The position numbers and the translations under genes are program-made. 64,000 nucleotides of DNA from Bacteroidales bacterium. GTDB lineage: Bacteria; Bacteroidota; Bacteroidia; Bacteroidales; P3. The notes under the pieces were generated by a model. It saw only the letters and a list, made by a program, of their open reading frames with translations, was not told where the DNA came from and did not search any database. The first letter of the stretch is position 1. Each line of letters starts with the position of its first letter. The stretch is taken from assembly GCA_017480245.1 (NCBI GenBank), contig JAFVBA010000004.1, positions 11 through 64,010 of the forward strand, read 5' to 3'. This document shows, one piece after another, positions 28,717 through 37,483 of this stretch.

Positions 28717-29713
28717 TCAAAAGAGAGAAACGGAAATACTTGTGAAGAAATTTTTTAAACAAGTAGTTTCATTTTTTCAAAAACACAGGCAGATAAATTC
28801 ACTTATTATCTGCTTGTGTATTAGTTTCTTTTTATGGTTATTCGTAACCTACGGCAGAGATTACCAACACAGTATATCCTATACGCTGAAATTTACCGAC
28901 AATGAACACAAGGTGGAGTATTTTACTCAAGACAGCGTGATAACGGTAGGAGTGAAGACAAACGGTTTTGAATTTCTTGCAAAGAGTTCAGCCCGTAACA
29001 AAAAGAATATCGTAATTGACGTTGATAAACTTAATATCAATCTTTCAAAAGGTAATGCCGCAGTTCCGTCTTCGCAATTGAAAACGCAGATTATGCAAAA
29101 TCTCGGTTACCGTGGGGTAGATATTACCGTATCGCCTGCAACCATTAATCTGTCGTGGAATAAACTGTATTCAAAACGGGTTAAGGTTATAAACACCTGC
29201 GAATTCAAATTTGAAAGACCTTACGGCAATTACTCCGAACCTGAACTAATGACGCAAGATGTTGTTATTGAGGGTGCGAAAAGTGAAATAAGTAAAGTAA
29301 ATTCCATAAAAACCAAACCGATTGTTTATAACAATATCAACAAAAGCGGAATCTTTTTGGTGCCGTTGGATTTGGATTTGCCAAGTGGGGTAACCTGTAG
29401 AATGAAAAGCGTTCCCATAAGGATATATGCCGAAAAATATACGGAGAATGTGGCAATGCTTCCCGTAAAGGTGCTTCGCTATGAAGACTATCGAAACATT
29501 AAAGTATTGCCTAAGCAAGTCAAGGTACGTTACCGCGTAGCCGTGAAAGATTTTGCGAAAGTTAATGAAAAAGAGTTTAATGCTTTTGTTTTGTGTTCTG
29601 ATGACGCTATGGCAAAATCGGATAAACTGAAAGTAAATCTTAGTAATATTCCCGACTATGTGAAAGTTGTCAGTATATATCCGCAAAAGGTTGAATACAT
29701 TTTATTTAAATAG
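28679..29713 (+). CDS. YbbR-like domain protein
   Basis: Single N-terminal TM segment, position after yajC. The start is uncertain: ATG 28679 overlaps yajC, and GTG 28742 is the alternative. Confidence 0.6.
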   Translation: MQSTTPQLRTRNSQKRETEILVKKFFKQVVSFFQKHRQINSLIICLCISFFLWLFVTYGRDYQHSISYTLKFTDNEHKVEYFTQDSVITVGVKTNGFEFLAKSSARNKKNIVIDVDKLNINLSKGNAAVPSSQLKTQIMQNLGYRGVDITVSPATINLSWNKLYSKRVKVINTCEFKFERPYGNYSEPELMTQDVVIEGAKSEISKVNSIKTKPIVYNNINKSGIFLVPLDLDLPSGVTCRMKSVPIRIYAEKYTENVAMLPVKVLRYEDYRNIKVLPKQVKVRYRVAVKDFAKVNEKEFNAFVLCSDDAMAKSDKLKVNLSNIPDYVKVVSIYPQKVEYILFK

Positions 29714-29768
29714 AAATTCAATTCTCAAATCCAAACTCTAATATCACAAATAAAACGTCCTATATCCA

Positions 29769-30380
29769 ATGGCAAGAATAAAAAATCCAAAATTAATAAT
29801 TGCCCTTACGGGTTCAATAGGCAGTGGTAAAACTTTGATAGCTCAAGTCTTCAAACATTTGGGCGTACCTGTCTATTTGTCGGATGTGGAGGCGAAAAAG
29901 TTGTATGAAAATAAGGAAATGATTTCTCAAATTGAGGATTTGTTCGGATCGGGCGTTATAACAAACGGGCAGATAGACAAAAAGAAACTTGCGGATTTGG
30001 TTTTCAATGATTCTTTTTTACTGAAAAAACTCAACAATTGCGTACATCCGTTGGTAAAACAGGATTTTGAGAAATGGGCATTGCAACAAAGTTTCCCGTA
30101 TGTGATAATGGAGAGTGCAATTATATACGAGACAGGGTGGGAGAGACTGTTTGACAAAATAATATGCGTATCTACTCCGATGGATTTGGTATTGCAAAGA
30201 GTGCAAATGAGAGATAATCAAACTAAAGAGCAGATAATGAAAAGGATTGCCAATCAAATGTCCGCAGATGAGAAAATAAAAAGAAGCGGTTACGTGATTA
30301 ATAACGACAATATTCAATTGGTTATTCCGCAGATAAGAGAAATTCATTCGCAGTTGCTTAATGCGGCGGCAAATTGTTAA
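29769..30380 (+). CDS. coaE: Dephospho-CoA kinase
   Basis: P-loop LTGSIGSGKT. About 200 aa. Confidence 0.85.
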   Translation: MARIKNPKLIIALTGSIGSGKTLIAQVFKHLGVPVYLSDVEAKKLYENKEMISQIEDLFGSGVITNGQIDKKKLADLVFNDSFLLKKLNNCVHPLVKQDFEKWALQQSFPYVIMESAIIYETGWERLFDKIICVSTPMDLVLQRVQMRDNQTKEQIMKRIANQMSADEKIKRSGYVINNDNIQLVIPQIREIHSQLLNAAANC

Positions 30381-30425
30381 GAAAAGACAATAAATTTACA
30401 ATTCATTATACATATATTATATAAT

Positions 30426-32120
30426 ATGAAAAGAAAATTGCTAATAGGCGTAACTTTATCGCTTTTGAGTATAACAACATTCGCTCAAATAAGTACAAAA
30501 CAACAACCGCGTTCATTCAAAATTGATAACGTGAGGATAAATTCCGCAAACGCTATGGTTTTATCTTCACCTGACGTCAATTCATTGTTGATTAAAGAAG
30601 AAAAAGAGGCAAATTTGTTTAAACCGAGGGCATGTGCGGCGTTGATTCCCGTAAATGAGAGTTTTTTTGACAGGGCAGAGAAGATTTCTTTGGCGGATGC
30701 CGACCTGTATATCTTAAAAATCAAAAGCGAAGGGGCATTGGCGTTGAATCTTTATTCAGATGATTTCTATATTCCTGAAAACTGCGAGTTGTATTTGTGG
30801 AATACCGACCGCAGCAAGTGTTTAGGTGCATTTACTAAGGACAATAATTCCCCTGACGGCAGATTTGCAACCGATTATGTCTATAATGACGAAATGATTA
30901 TAGAATATTACCAACCCAAAAGTGTAAAAGAGTCTGCTAAATTGAATATTGAAAAAATCGGTTACTTCTACCGTGATGTTATTAACTTTGAACAAGAAAG
31001 TCTTTTGAGGGAAGAAGACAACGAATCGGAGATTAATCTTCCTTATAAGGGTTATCAAGATGCAGGTTCTTGCAATGTTAATGTCAATTGTTCGGAAGGG
31101 GATAATTTCAGGGACGTTCAACGCTCGGTTGTCAGAATGTTGATTCCTGTAAGTTATTATGAATCCGCTTGGTGCAGCGGAACGTTAATCAATAACACCG
31201 ATAACGACCGCAAACCTTACATTCTTTCCGCCGCACATTGCATTGAGGATATTACTAATTCTTATTACTATTCCCAGATATTGTTTTACTTCAACTATGA
31301 GTATTCAGGTTGCAGCAATGTTTCCAAAGAACCTTCTTATTCCACTCTTACGGGTTGTACTAAGTTGGCTCACGGTAATAAATTCGGAGAAGGTGATTCG
31401 GATTACTTACTTTTGCAACTTACTGACAATATTCCTCAAAGTTTCAATGCTTATTGGGCAGGTTGGACGGTAAGGGACGAATTGTTTTCAGGGTGTGTAG
31501 GAATTCATCACCCGACAGGCGACGTTAAAAAGATATCTACCGTTGATGGAAAGACACGCGATATGGGCTATTCTGAAGGTTATTGGGATTATGATACTCA
31601 TATTATGGTCAAATGGAAGAAAACAACTAACGGTTACGGAATTACAGAAGGCGGTTCTTCGGGAAGTGCTTTGTTTAACTCAAAAGGTCAGATTATAGGT
31701 ACTTTGTCCGGTGGTGAATCTTCTTGTTATGCTTCCAACTCCTACAAAGTGGATTGGTATGGCAGATTTGACGTTTCTTTTACCAAACTTAAACAATGGT
31801 TAGACCCTAAAGGATATAACTATACCGATTTCGGCGGCAGGGAATATACGGTTGGAATTGATGATGTTGCAAAAGAAAATATAGAAATAAGCGTATATCC
31901 TGTTCCTGCAACGGATAAAGTTAGTGTTACGTTTGATAATTTAACCGATAAGGCTGTTCTTTCCGTTTTGGACAAATTAGGCCGCAGCGTTTATTCACTT
32001 GAAATTCCGCAAGGCACCTCTCAGATGGATATTGACATAAAAGGTTTTGCTAAAGGTACTTATTTCGTTAGACTTTATTCAAAAGGAAATTCAGTTGTCA
32101 AAAAAATAATTGTTCAATAA
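30426..32120 (+). CDS. Secreted trypsin-fold serine endopeptidase with a T9SS C-terminal sorting domain
   Basis: SAAHC (His) and GGSSGSALF (Ser) motifs. The C-terminal ~80 aa are CTD-like (VYPVPATDKV...GTYFVRL...KIIVQ). Confidence 0.8.
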   Translation: MKRKLLIGVTLSLLSITTFAQISTKQQPRSFKIDNVRINSANAMVLSSPDVNSLLIKEEKEANLFKPRACAALIPVNESFFDRAEKISLADADLYILKIKSEGALALNLYSDDFYIPENCELYLWNTDRSKCLGAFTKDNNSPDGRFATDYVYNDEMIIEYYQPKSVKESAKLNIEKIGYFYRDVINFEQESLLREEDNESEINLPYKGYQDAGSCNVNVNCSEGDNFRDVQRSVVRMLIPVSYYESAWCSGTLINNTDNDRKPYILSAAHCIEDITNSYYYSQILFYFNYEYSGCSNVSKEPSYSTLTGCTKLAHGNKFGEGDSDYLLLQLTDNIPQSFNAYWAGWTVRDELFSGCVGIHHPTGDVKKISTVDGKTRDMGYSEGYWDYDTHIMVKWKKTTNGYGITEGGSSGSALFNSKGQIIGTLSGGESSCYASNSYKVDWYGRFDVSFTKLKQWLDPKGYNYTDFGGREYTVGIDDVAKENIEISVYPVPATDKVSVTFDNLTDKAVLSVLDKLGRSVYSLEIPQGTSQMDIDIKGFAKGTYFVRLYSKGNSVVKKIIVQ

Positions 32121-32278
32121 TGAAAAAAATATTTAAAAACAAGATTTGGTTGATTTTAGCCTTGATTATATTTTTCGTAGGTTTGACTTCCTGCTCATCG
32201 TGGCGCAAAACCAAATGCGGAGAATGCCCGAGATGGTCGTATAATACCACCTCGGCAGACACTTATCAAAAAGTGTAA
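32120..32278 (+). CDS. Small lipoprotein (52 aa) with a CxxC motif; absent from the ORF track because it is under 60 aa
   Basis: The ATG overlaps the protease stop (TAATG). Sequence is MKKIFKNKIWLILALIIFFVGLTSCSSWRKTKCGECPRWSYNTTSADTYQKV, with lipobox LTSC. Confidence 0.5.
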   Translation: MKKIFKNKIWLILALIIFFVGLTSCSSWRKTKCGECPRWSYNTTSADTYQKV

Positions 32279-32353
32279 CAATCAATTAGGATTTATTTGA
32301 AATGAAATGTACAGTTATCAAATTAGCTGTACATTTTATTTTTGTAATATTGG

Positions 32354-32525
32354 ATAATAATTTTGCAAAATCGGAAAACATTTTTGTAATTTCTCAAAAT
32401 ATTTTTGTTTGGACGGTTCAAAATTATATTTCAGACCGTCTAAAACTATATTTTAAACCGTCCAAAATGCAGTTTTAAACCGTCCTGACAAATTTAATTT
32501 GGGAAATTGCAAAATTATTTTACAG
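32354..32525. repeat. Repeat family C copy (TIR element with internal GGACGGT units), inverted relative to 57071-57219
   Basis: The reverse complement aligns with 57071-57219, including TTTGTCAGGACGGTT and AAAATAATTTTGCAATTTC. Confidence 0.7.
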
Positions 32526-32618
32526 TATTGCAAAAATGTTTTTTGACACATCAAAATTAATTTGAAAAATAAAAGTAAAATTTTCCGCAAATTTTATCTG
32601 CATATTAAAAAAAAGTAA

Positions 32619-32626
32619 TAAATTTG
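32619..32626 (+). promoter_or_regulatory. -7 box TAAATTTG for serC-serA
   Basis: TAnnTTTG match about 80 nt upstream of serC. Confidence 0.5.
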
Positions 32627-32706
32627 CACTCCGTAAGTAAAGGAATCAAAAAGAAGCCTTACTTACACAATAAATTAGTAAAATAACATTTAAAATTAAA
32701 AGAAAA

Positions 32707-33795
32707 ATGGCAAAAGTACATATCTTTAACGCAGGACCTTGCGTTTTACCAAAGGAAGCTACTGAAGCAGCAAGAGAAGCTATCCTTAACTTTGACAATA
32801 CCGGTGTCGGTGTATTGGAAATTTCTCACCGTACTCCTGGTTGGGAGAGAATAATGAGCGAAACCGTTCAATTGTGGAGAGATTTGTTGAATATACCTGA
32901 GAACTATAAAATATTATTCTTAGGCGGCGGTGCTTCAACTCAATTCTTTACTGTTCCTGCTAACCTATTGAACAAGAAAGCTGCTTATTTGCAGACAGGC
33001 GTTTGGGCAAAGAAAGCCGTTAAGGAAGCAAAACTTTTCGGAGAAACTGTAGTTGTTGCATCTTCTGAGGATAAGAACTACTCTTATATTCCAAAGGGAT
33101 ACGAAATTCCGAAAGACGCAGATTATTTCCATATCACTACTAACAACACAATCTATGGTACTGAAATAAAATATGACATGGATTGCCCTGTTAATTTAGT
33201 TGCTGATATGTCTTCAGATATTATGTCCCGTCCTGTTGATGTTACTAAATACGCATTAATATACGGCGGCGCACAGAAGAATGTCGGCCCTGCAGGTGTT
33301 ACTTTCGTTATCGTAAGAGAGGATGTTTTAGGAAAGATTACTGACCGTAAGAACTTGCCTGTACTTCCTACTATGGTAGATTACAGAAACCACATAGACA
33401 AAGAGTCAATGTTTAACACTCCTCCTGTATTCTCTATCTTCGTTATGCACGAAACTTTGAAATGGTTGAAGAATAACGGCGGTGTTGAGTGGATACAGAA
33501 AGTTAATCAACAAAAAGCAGACCTTCTTTACGGAGAAATCGACCGCAACAAGATGTTTGTCGGCACCGTTGAGAAAGAAGACCGTTCTTTGATGAATGTT
33601 TGCTTCGTTATGGCTAAAGGTTACGAAGACAAAGAGAAAGAATTTATGGAGTTTGCTAAGGCTAACGGTATGATTGGCATAAAAGGACACCGCAGCGTTG
33701 GAGGTTTCCGTGCTTCTTTGTACAATGCTTGTACTGTTGAGGACGTTCAGGCTCTTGTTGATTGCATGAAAGAATTTGAAGCAAAGAACGCTTAA
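32707..33795 (+). CDS. serC: Phosphoserine aminotransferase
   Basis: FNAGP..LP N-terminus and [11 protein letters not shown]. 362 aa. Confidence 0.9.
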   Translation: MAKVHIFNAGPCVLPKEATEAAREAILNFDNTGVGVLEISHRTPGWERIMSETVQLWRDLLNIPENYKILFLGGGASTQFFTVPANLLNKKAAYLQTGVWAKKAVKEAKLFGETVVVASSEDKNYSYIPKGYEIPKDADYFHITTNNTIYGTEIKYDMDCPVNLVADMSSDIMSRPVDVTKYALIYGGAQKNVGPAGVTFVIVREDVLGKITDRKNLPVLPTMVDYRNHIDKESMFNTPPVFSIFVMHETLKWLKNNGGVEWIQKVNQQKADLLYGEIDRNKMFVGTVEKEDRSLMNVCFVMAKGYEDKEKEFMEFAKANGMIGIKGHRSVGGFRASLYNACTVEDVQALVDCMKEFEAKNA

Positions 33796-33808
33796 AAAGA
33801 ATAAAGAA

Positions 33809-34729
33809 ATGACAAAGGTATTAGTTGCAACGGAAAAACCTTTTGCAAAAGTTGCCGTTGATGGAATAAGAGAAATAGTAGAGAAAGCAGGTTTTGAACT
33901 TGCATTACTTGAAAAATATACGGACGTTAATGATTTCTACAAAGCAGTTGAAGATGCTGACGCTTTGATAGTTCGTTCTGACAAAGTAACTAAAGAAGTT
34001 ATTGACCACGCAAAGAACTTAAAAATAGTAGTACGCGCAGGCGCCGGTTTCGATAACCTTGACCTTGAAGCATGTACTGCACACAATATCGTGGCTATGA
34101 ATACCCCTGGACAGAATTCAAATGCCGTTGCAGAGTTAGCACTTGGCCTTATGATATATATGGCACGTACTAATTTCACTCCTGTAGCCGGTACAGAATT
34201 ACAAGGAAAGAGAATAGGTATTCACGCGTACGGTAACGTAGGACGCCTTGTTGGTATGAAGGCTAAAGCATTGGGAATGGAAGTTATGGCTTTAGACCCA
34301 TTCGTTCCTGCTGAAAAAATCGAGGCAGACGGAGTTAAGGTTGCTAAAGACGTAAATGATCTGTATTCTTCTTGCGATTACGTTTCCCTTCACATACCTG
34401 CAAACGAGCAAACTAAGAACTCTATCAACTATGAGTTACTTTCTAAGATGCCGAAGGGCGCTTGTTTGGTTAATACTGCAAGAAAAGAAGTTATAAACGA
34501 AGCTGACATGGCTAAATTGTTGGCTGAAAGAGAAGACTTCAAATATGTTACCGACATTGCAGCAACTAATGACGAAGAGTTGAAGAAATTTGCACCTCGT
34601 TACTTCTCTACTCCTAAGAAAATGGGAGCTCAGACTAAGGAAGCTAACGTTAATGCAGGTTTAGCGGCTGCCCGTCAGATTGTTGATTTCATTTGCAACG
34701 GCGTTACTAAATTCCAAGTAAATAAATAG
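33809..34729 (+). CDS. serA: D-3-phosphoglycerate dehydrogenase (short form)
   Basis: 2-hydroxyacid dehydrogenase NAD motif (GIHAYGNVG) directly downstream of serC. The start is the ATG at 33809. Confidence 0.8.
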   Translation: MTKVLVATEKPFAKVAVDGIREIVEKAGFELALLEKYTDVNDFYKAVEDADALIVRSDKVTKEVIDHAKNLKIVVRAGAGFDNLDLEACTAHNIVAMNTPGQNSNAVAELALGLMIYMARTNFTPVAGTELQGKRIGIHAYGNVGRLVGMKAKALGMEVMALDPFVPAEKIEADGVKVAKDVNDLYSSCDYVSLHIPANEQTKNSINYELLSKMPKGACLVNTARKEVINEADMAKLLAEREDFKYVTDIAATNDEELKKFAPRYFSTPKKMGAQTKEANVNAGLAAARQIVDFICNGVTKFQVNK

Positions 34730-35009
34730 TAGATAATTTATTTGCATATATAATAATGTAAGGGCGGAATATGATTTCTGTCCTTGCATTTATTGTTTTA
34801 GTTAAATTAATATCGGGTATTAAGAAAATATTATCGATTATTATAAAATCTATATGTGATATTATTCTTGTAAGGCAATGATTTATCAAGATAAATTGAA
34901 GATTTTTACAAAATTTTTGACTTTTTGACGCAGTATTTTCAGGTTTTTGGGTACTTACTTGTAAAGAAAAATTTTTAAAAAGAGTAATTAACTTAAAAAA
35001 ACAAGAGAA

Positions 35010-35444
35010 ATGAAAACGAATTGGAGAAAAATCATCTTGTTATCTGCTTTAACATTGATGATTACAGGATTTACCGCCTGCGAAGACGATGACGATGGTT
35101 GCAATGAGTGCAATACCAAGATTTTGTACGAAAATCAAGTCTGGAAAAGTGATTTGAGTGGTATGTATGGCTCAGTACATTTTTATTTGGCTGTTATTGA
35201 CGGAAATTATATCATTGTTGCTGAACCCACGGCAGGAATTAATCCAATTGTAGATTATTATTACATCTGCAATCCGCAAAAAGTGAAAAAATTGGTCTCA
35301 CCAAACGAGTGGGTTCAGGTAAATTTGAGATGTAATGTCCGTCAAAAGCACGACGACTTGCCCGATATATATATTCCGCGGACCGACGTTGGCGTTGTAA
35401 TCAGAGGAGAATTGGAAGTTCTGACTATAGAAAAAGCCGAATAG
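35010..35444 (+). CDS. Hypothetical lipoprotein
   Basis: Lipobox FTAC followed by an acidic linker. Confidence 0.65.
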   Translation: MKTNWRKIILLSALTLMITGFTACEDDDDGCNECNTKILYENQVWKSDLSGMYGSVHFYLAVIDGNYIIVAEPTAGINPIVDYYYICNPQKVKKLVSPNEWVQVNLRCNVRQKHDDLPDIYIPRTDVGVVIRGELEVLTIEKAE

Positions 35445-35543
35445 TACTCTCAAAAATAAAAATAAGCCACTTGCTTTTGCAGAAACTGACCTGACAAGAC
35501 CAAGACGGAACTTGATAAAAATAAAATCCCACTTTAATAAAAT

Positions 35544-35577
35544 AAAGTCCCACAATATTTTACTAAAGTGGGACTTT
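35544..35577. terminator. Bidirectional hairpin terminator between convergent genes
   Basis: AAAGTCCCAC...GTGGGACTTT with flanking A/T runs. Confidence 0.7.
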
Positions 35578-35617
35578 AATTTACTAATGTCAAAAAAGAA
35601 TCTTCTCTTTCAATGGC

Positions 35618-36262
35618 TTATTCAACAGAAGACTGCTTTTGCTCAGCCATATTCTGAAGTTGCTCCATCATCATCTCAAGTGTCTGAAATTCTTCTCCGT
35701 CCATATCGTACGAAGCTAAGATTTTAGTAAAATCTTTGTCAATTAGAAACCAAGAATGTCCCATAAGAACATTTCCGGAATTGTTTTTGGCACGGTAAGT
35801 GTGCTTTACTCTGAAACCAATAAACTTCTGCCCCTCTTTTTGTATGGTTTTACCAAGTGTTTCAAACTCTTTGTTCATTTTTTCAGCCTGTTCTTTTATT
35901 TTTTCTTGCTGAGCAAGCAAACTTTCGTACTTTTCCTTTTTCGTATTGTACTCGTTGCTGCTATACGAATCGTAAGGATTTGCATAAATCAACATTGATG
36001 ATTTTGCATGTTTGATTTCCTCGTCCAGTCTTGCAAATTGCTTGTCAAATTGGTACGCTTTAAACAATTTTTCGTGGAATGCTGGGTCATGAATTGGCGA
36101 AAAAGCACTGTCAATAACCGTTTCGGCAGGATCGTACGAGTCTGGAATATACAGAGTTTTCTGCATATGTTCCTTAATTAAGGCATTAGCCTTTTCTTCT
36201 GGTGATTTGCTGCAGGAAACTAACATCACTGCAGCAGCGATCAAGATTAAAACTTTTTTCAT
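35618..36262 (-). CDS. Hypothetical lipoprotein
   Basis: Lipobox LVSC. 214 aa. Confidence 0.65.
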   Translation of the reverse strand: MKKVLILIAAAVMLVSCSKSPEEKANALIKEHMQKTLYIPDSYDPAETVIDSAFSPIHDPAFHEKLFKAYQFDKQFARLDEEIKHAKSSMLIYANPYDSYSSNEYNTKKEKYESLLAQQEKIKEQAEKMNKEFETLGKTIQKEGQKFIGFRVKHTYRAKNNSGNVLMGHSWFLIDKDFTKILASYDMDGEEFQTLEMMMEQLQNMAEQKQSSVE

Positions 36263-36286
36263 TGCCGTATTGTTTTTATGTTATTA

Positions 36287-37003
36287 CTACAAATCTTCTC
36301 CGTTTGCCTTATTAAGTCTGTTATCATAGAACATCGTTATACTATATTTACCGTAATTTTCAGTAATCATAAACCAAACGGATTTATGTGATACCTTATC
36401 TATGATATAATCCAATCCCAAATCAAGAGTTTCGTCATAGATTTTGCGTTGCAGTTCTTCGTCGGCATTTTCTAACTCTTCGGCAGAATATTTTGCAAGG
36501 ATTTCCGTTTGAACATAAGACACCATAGCAGTAGAATCAAAATCTGTTGGACTTACTTGATAATATGCTGCTTGGAATCGTTTATTATGTACCATCATTT
36601 CATACGAAATATTCTCCTCATCAGATAATTCGAAGTTGCCAACTAAATCTGCTGGCATATATTTATCATTCTTTTCGAATTGACGGCACAAACGGTTAAA
36701 ATTTATCTTAATGTTGCTTTCGTCAGTTGGAGTTACGTCATCAACAACAATTCTATAAACTTTATTGTTGTTAGTTACAACAAAAAGATAAACATTTTTG
36801 CCGTTAAATTCACCTTTTAACCTGTCTTTTTGTGCATCGTAGGTAAAGCCTTTTGCTTTCAGTTTTTGAATCATTGATGTTTTGGTGCCGTCAATGGGAA
36901 TCCCTAAAAATTTTGTAACATCTTTTGTGTTACTTTGTGCAATTGCACTTGTGATACTGAATAGTATCAGCGTAAGAAGTGCTAAAATTTTTCTTTTACT
37001 CAT
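36287..37003 (-). CDS. Hypothetical secreted protein
   Basis: Signal peptide ending in AIAQ. 238 aa. Confidence 0.65.
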   Translation of the reverse strand: MSKRKILALLTLILFSITSAIAQSNTKDVTKFLGIPIDGTKTSMIQKLKAKGFTYDAQKDRLKGEFNGKNVYLFVVTNNNKVYRIVVDDVTPTDESNIKINFNRLCRQFEKNDKYMPADLVGNFELSDEENISYEMMVHNKRFQAAYYQVSPTDFDSTAMVSYVQTEILAKYSAEELENADEELQRKIYDETLDLGLDYIIDKVSHKSVWFMITENYGKYSITMFYDNRLNKANGEDL

Positions 37004-37080
37004 TTTTCTGTTTGTTTTATTTTGTTATACTTTAATTTTCTGCTTTTTAATAGATATAAAAAGAATTATCGTGGATTTAT

Positions 37081-37219
37081 CTTTTGTTATCTTCGGTTCT
37101 AGCCTTACCTTTACACTACAAATTTCAATCACACGATAGCAGATACGACATCGTATCGTTGCTAACTCTCAATCTTTTGTAGTGTTTTTGAAATTTGGCT
37201 AGAATTTCGATAACAAAAG
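37081..37219. repeat. 139-bp three-tier imperfect palindrome in the predicted 5' leader of 36287..37003
   Basis: Outer tier CTTTTGTTATC..TTCTAGCC / GGCTAGAA..GATAACAAAAG. Middle tier ACACTACAAA / TTTGTAGTGT. Inner tier GATACG/CGTATC. Confidence 0.7.
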
Positions 37220-37315
37220 TTGCGTCAAACTACGCACAATTATTCTTAATTCAATATATATTTTCTTGCTTACATATTACATTTTTATTTTACCTGTTAT
37301 TGTTATTTAACATTG

Positions 37316-37323
37316 CAAATTTA
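37316..37323 (-). promoter_or_regulatory. -7 box (TAAATTTG on the minus strand), candidate promoter for 36287..37003 with a ~300-nt leader
   Basis: The plus strand reads CAAATTTA. Confidence 0.4.
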
Positions 37324-37462
37324 CAAAAATATTCCCAATAAACAAGTCTTTATATCCTTTTTTTATTCAAATATAACGATTTTTTGTGATTTTATTTTCT
37401 GAAAAAACAGTTGTAAATAATGAAATCGTCCGTATTTCTTTGGTTAGTAAGCAGAAAATATG

Positions 37463-37470
37463 TAATTTTG
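37463..37470 (+). promoter_or_regulatory. -7 box TAATTTTG for the TonB-dependent receptor
   Basis: TAnnTTTG match. It sits so close to the GTG at 37484 that a later start (TTG 37535) is more plausible. Confidence 0.5.
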
Positions 37471-37483
37471 CAGTTACGAAACC

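Noticed and set aside
37220-37483. Looked for a cobalamin or other riboswitch upstream of the TonB-dependent receptor
   Set aside because: The region is AT-rich with no B12-box-like GCCACTG element or GC-rich multistem structure. The -7 box lies only about 15 nt before the ORF.
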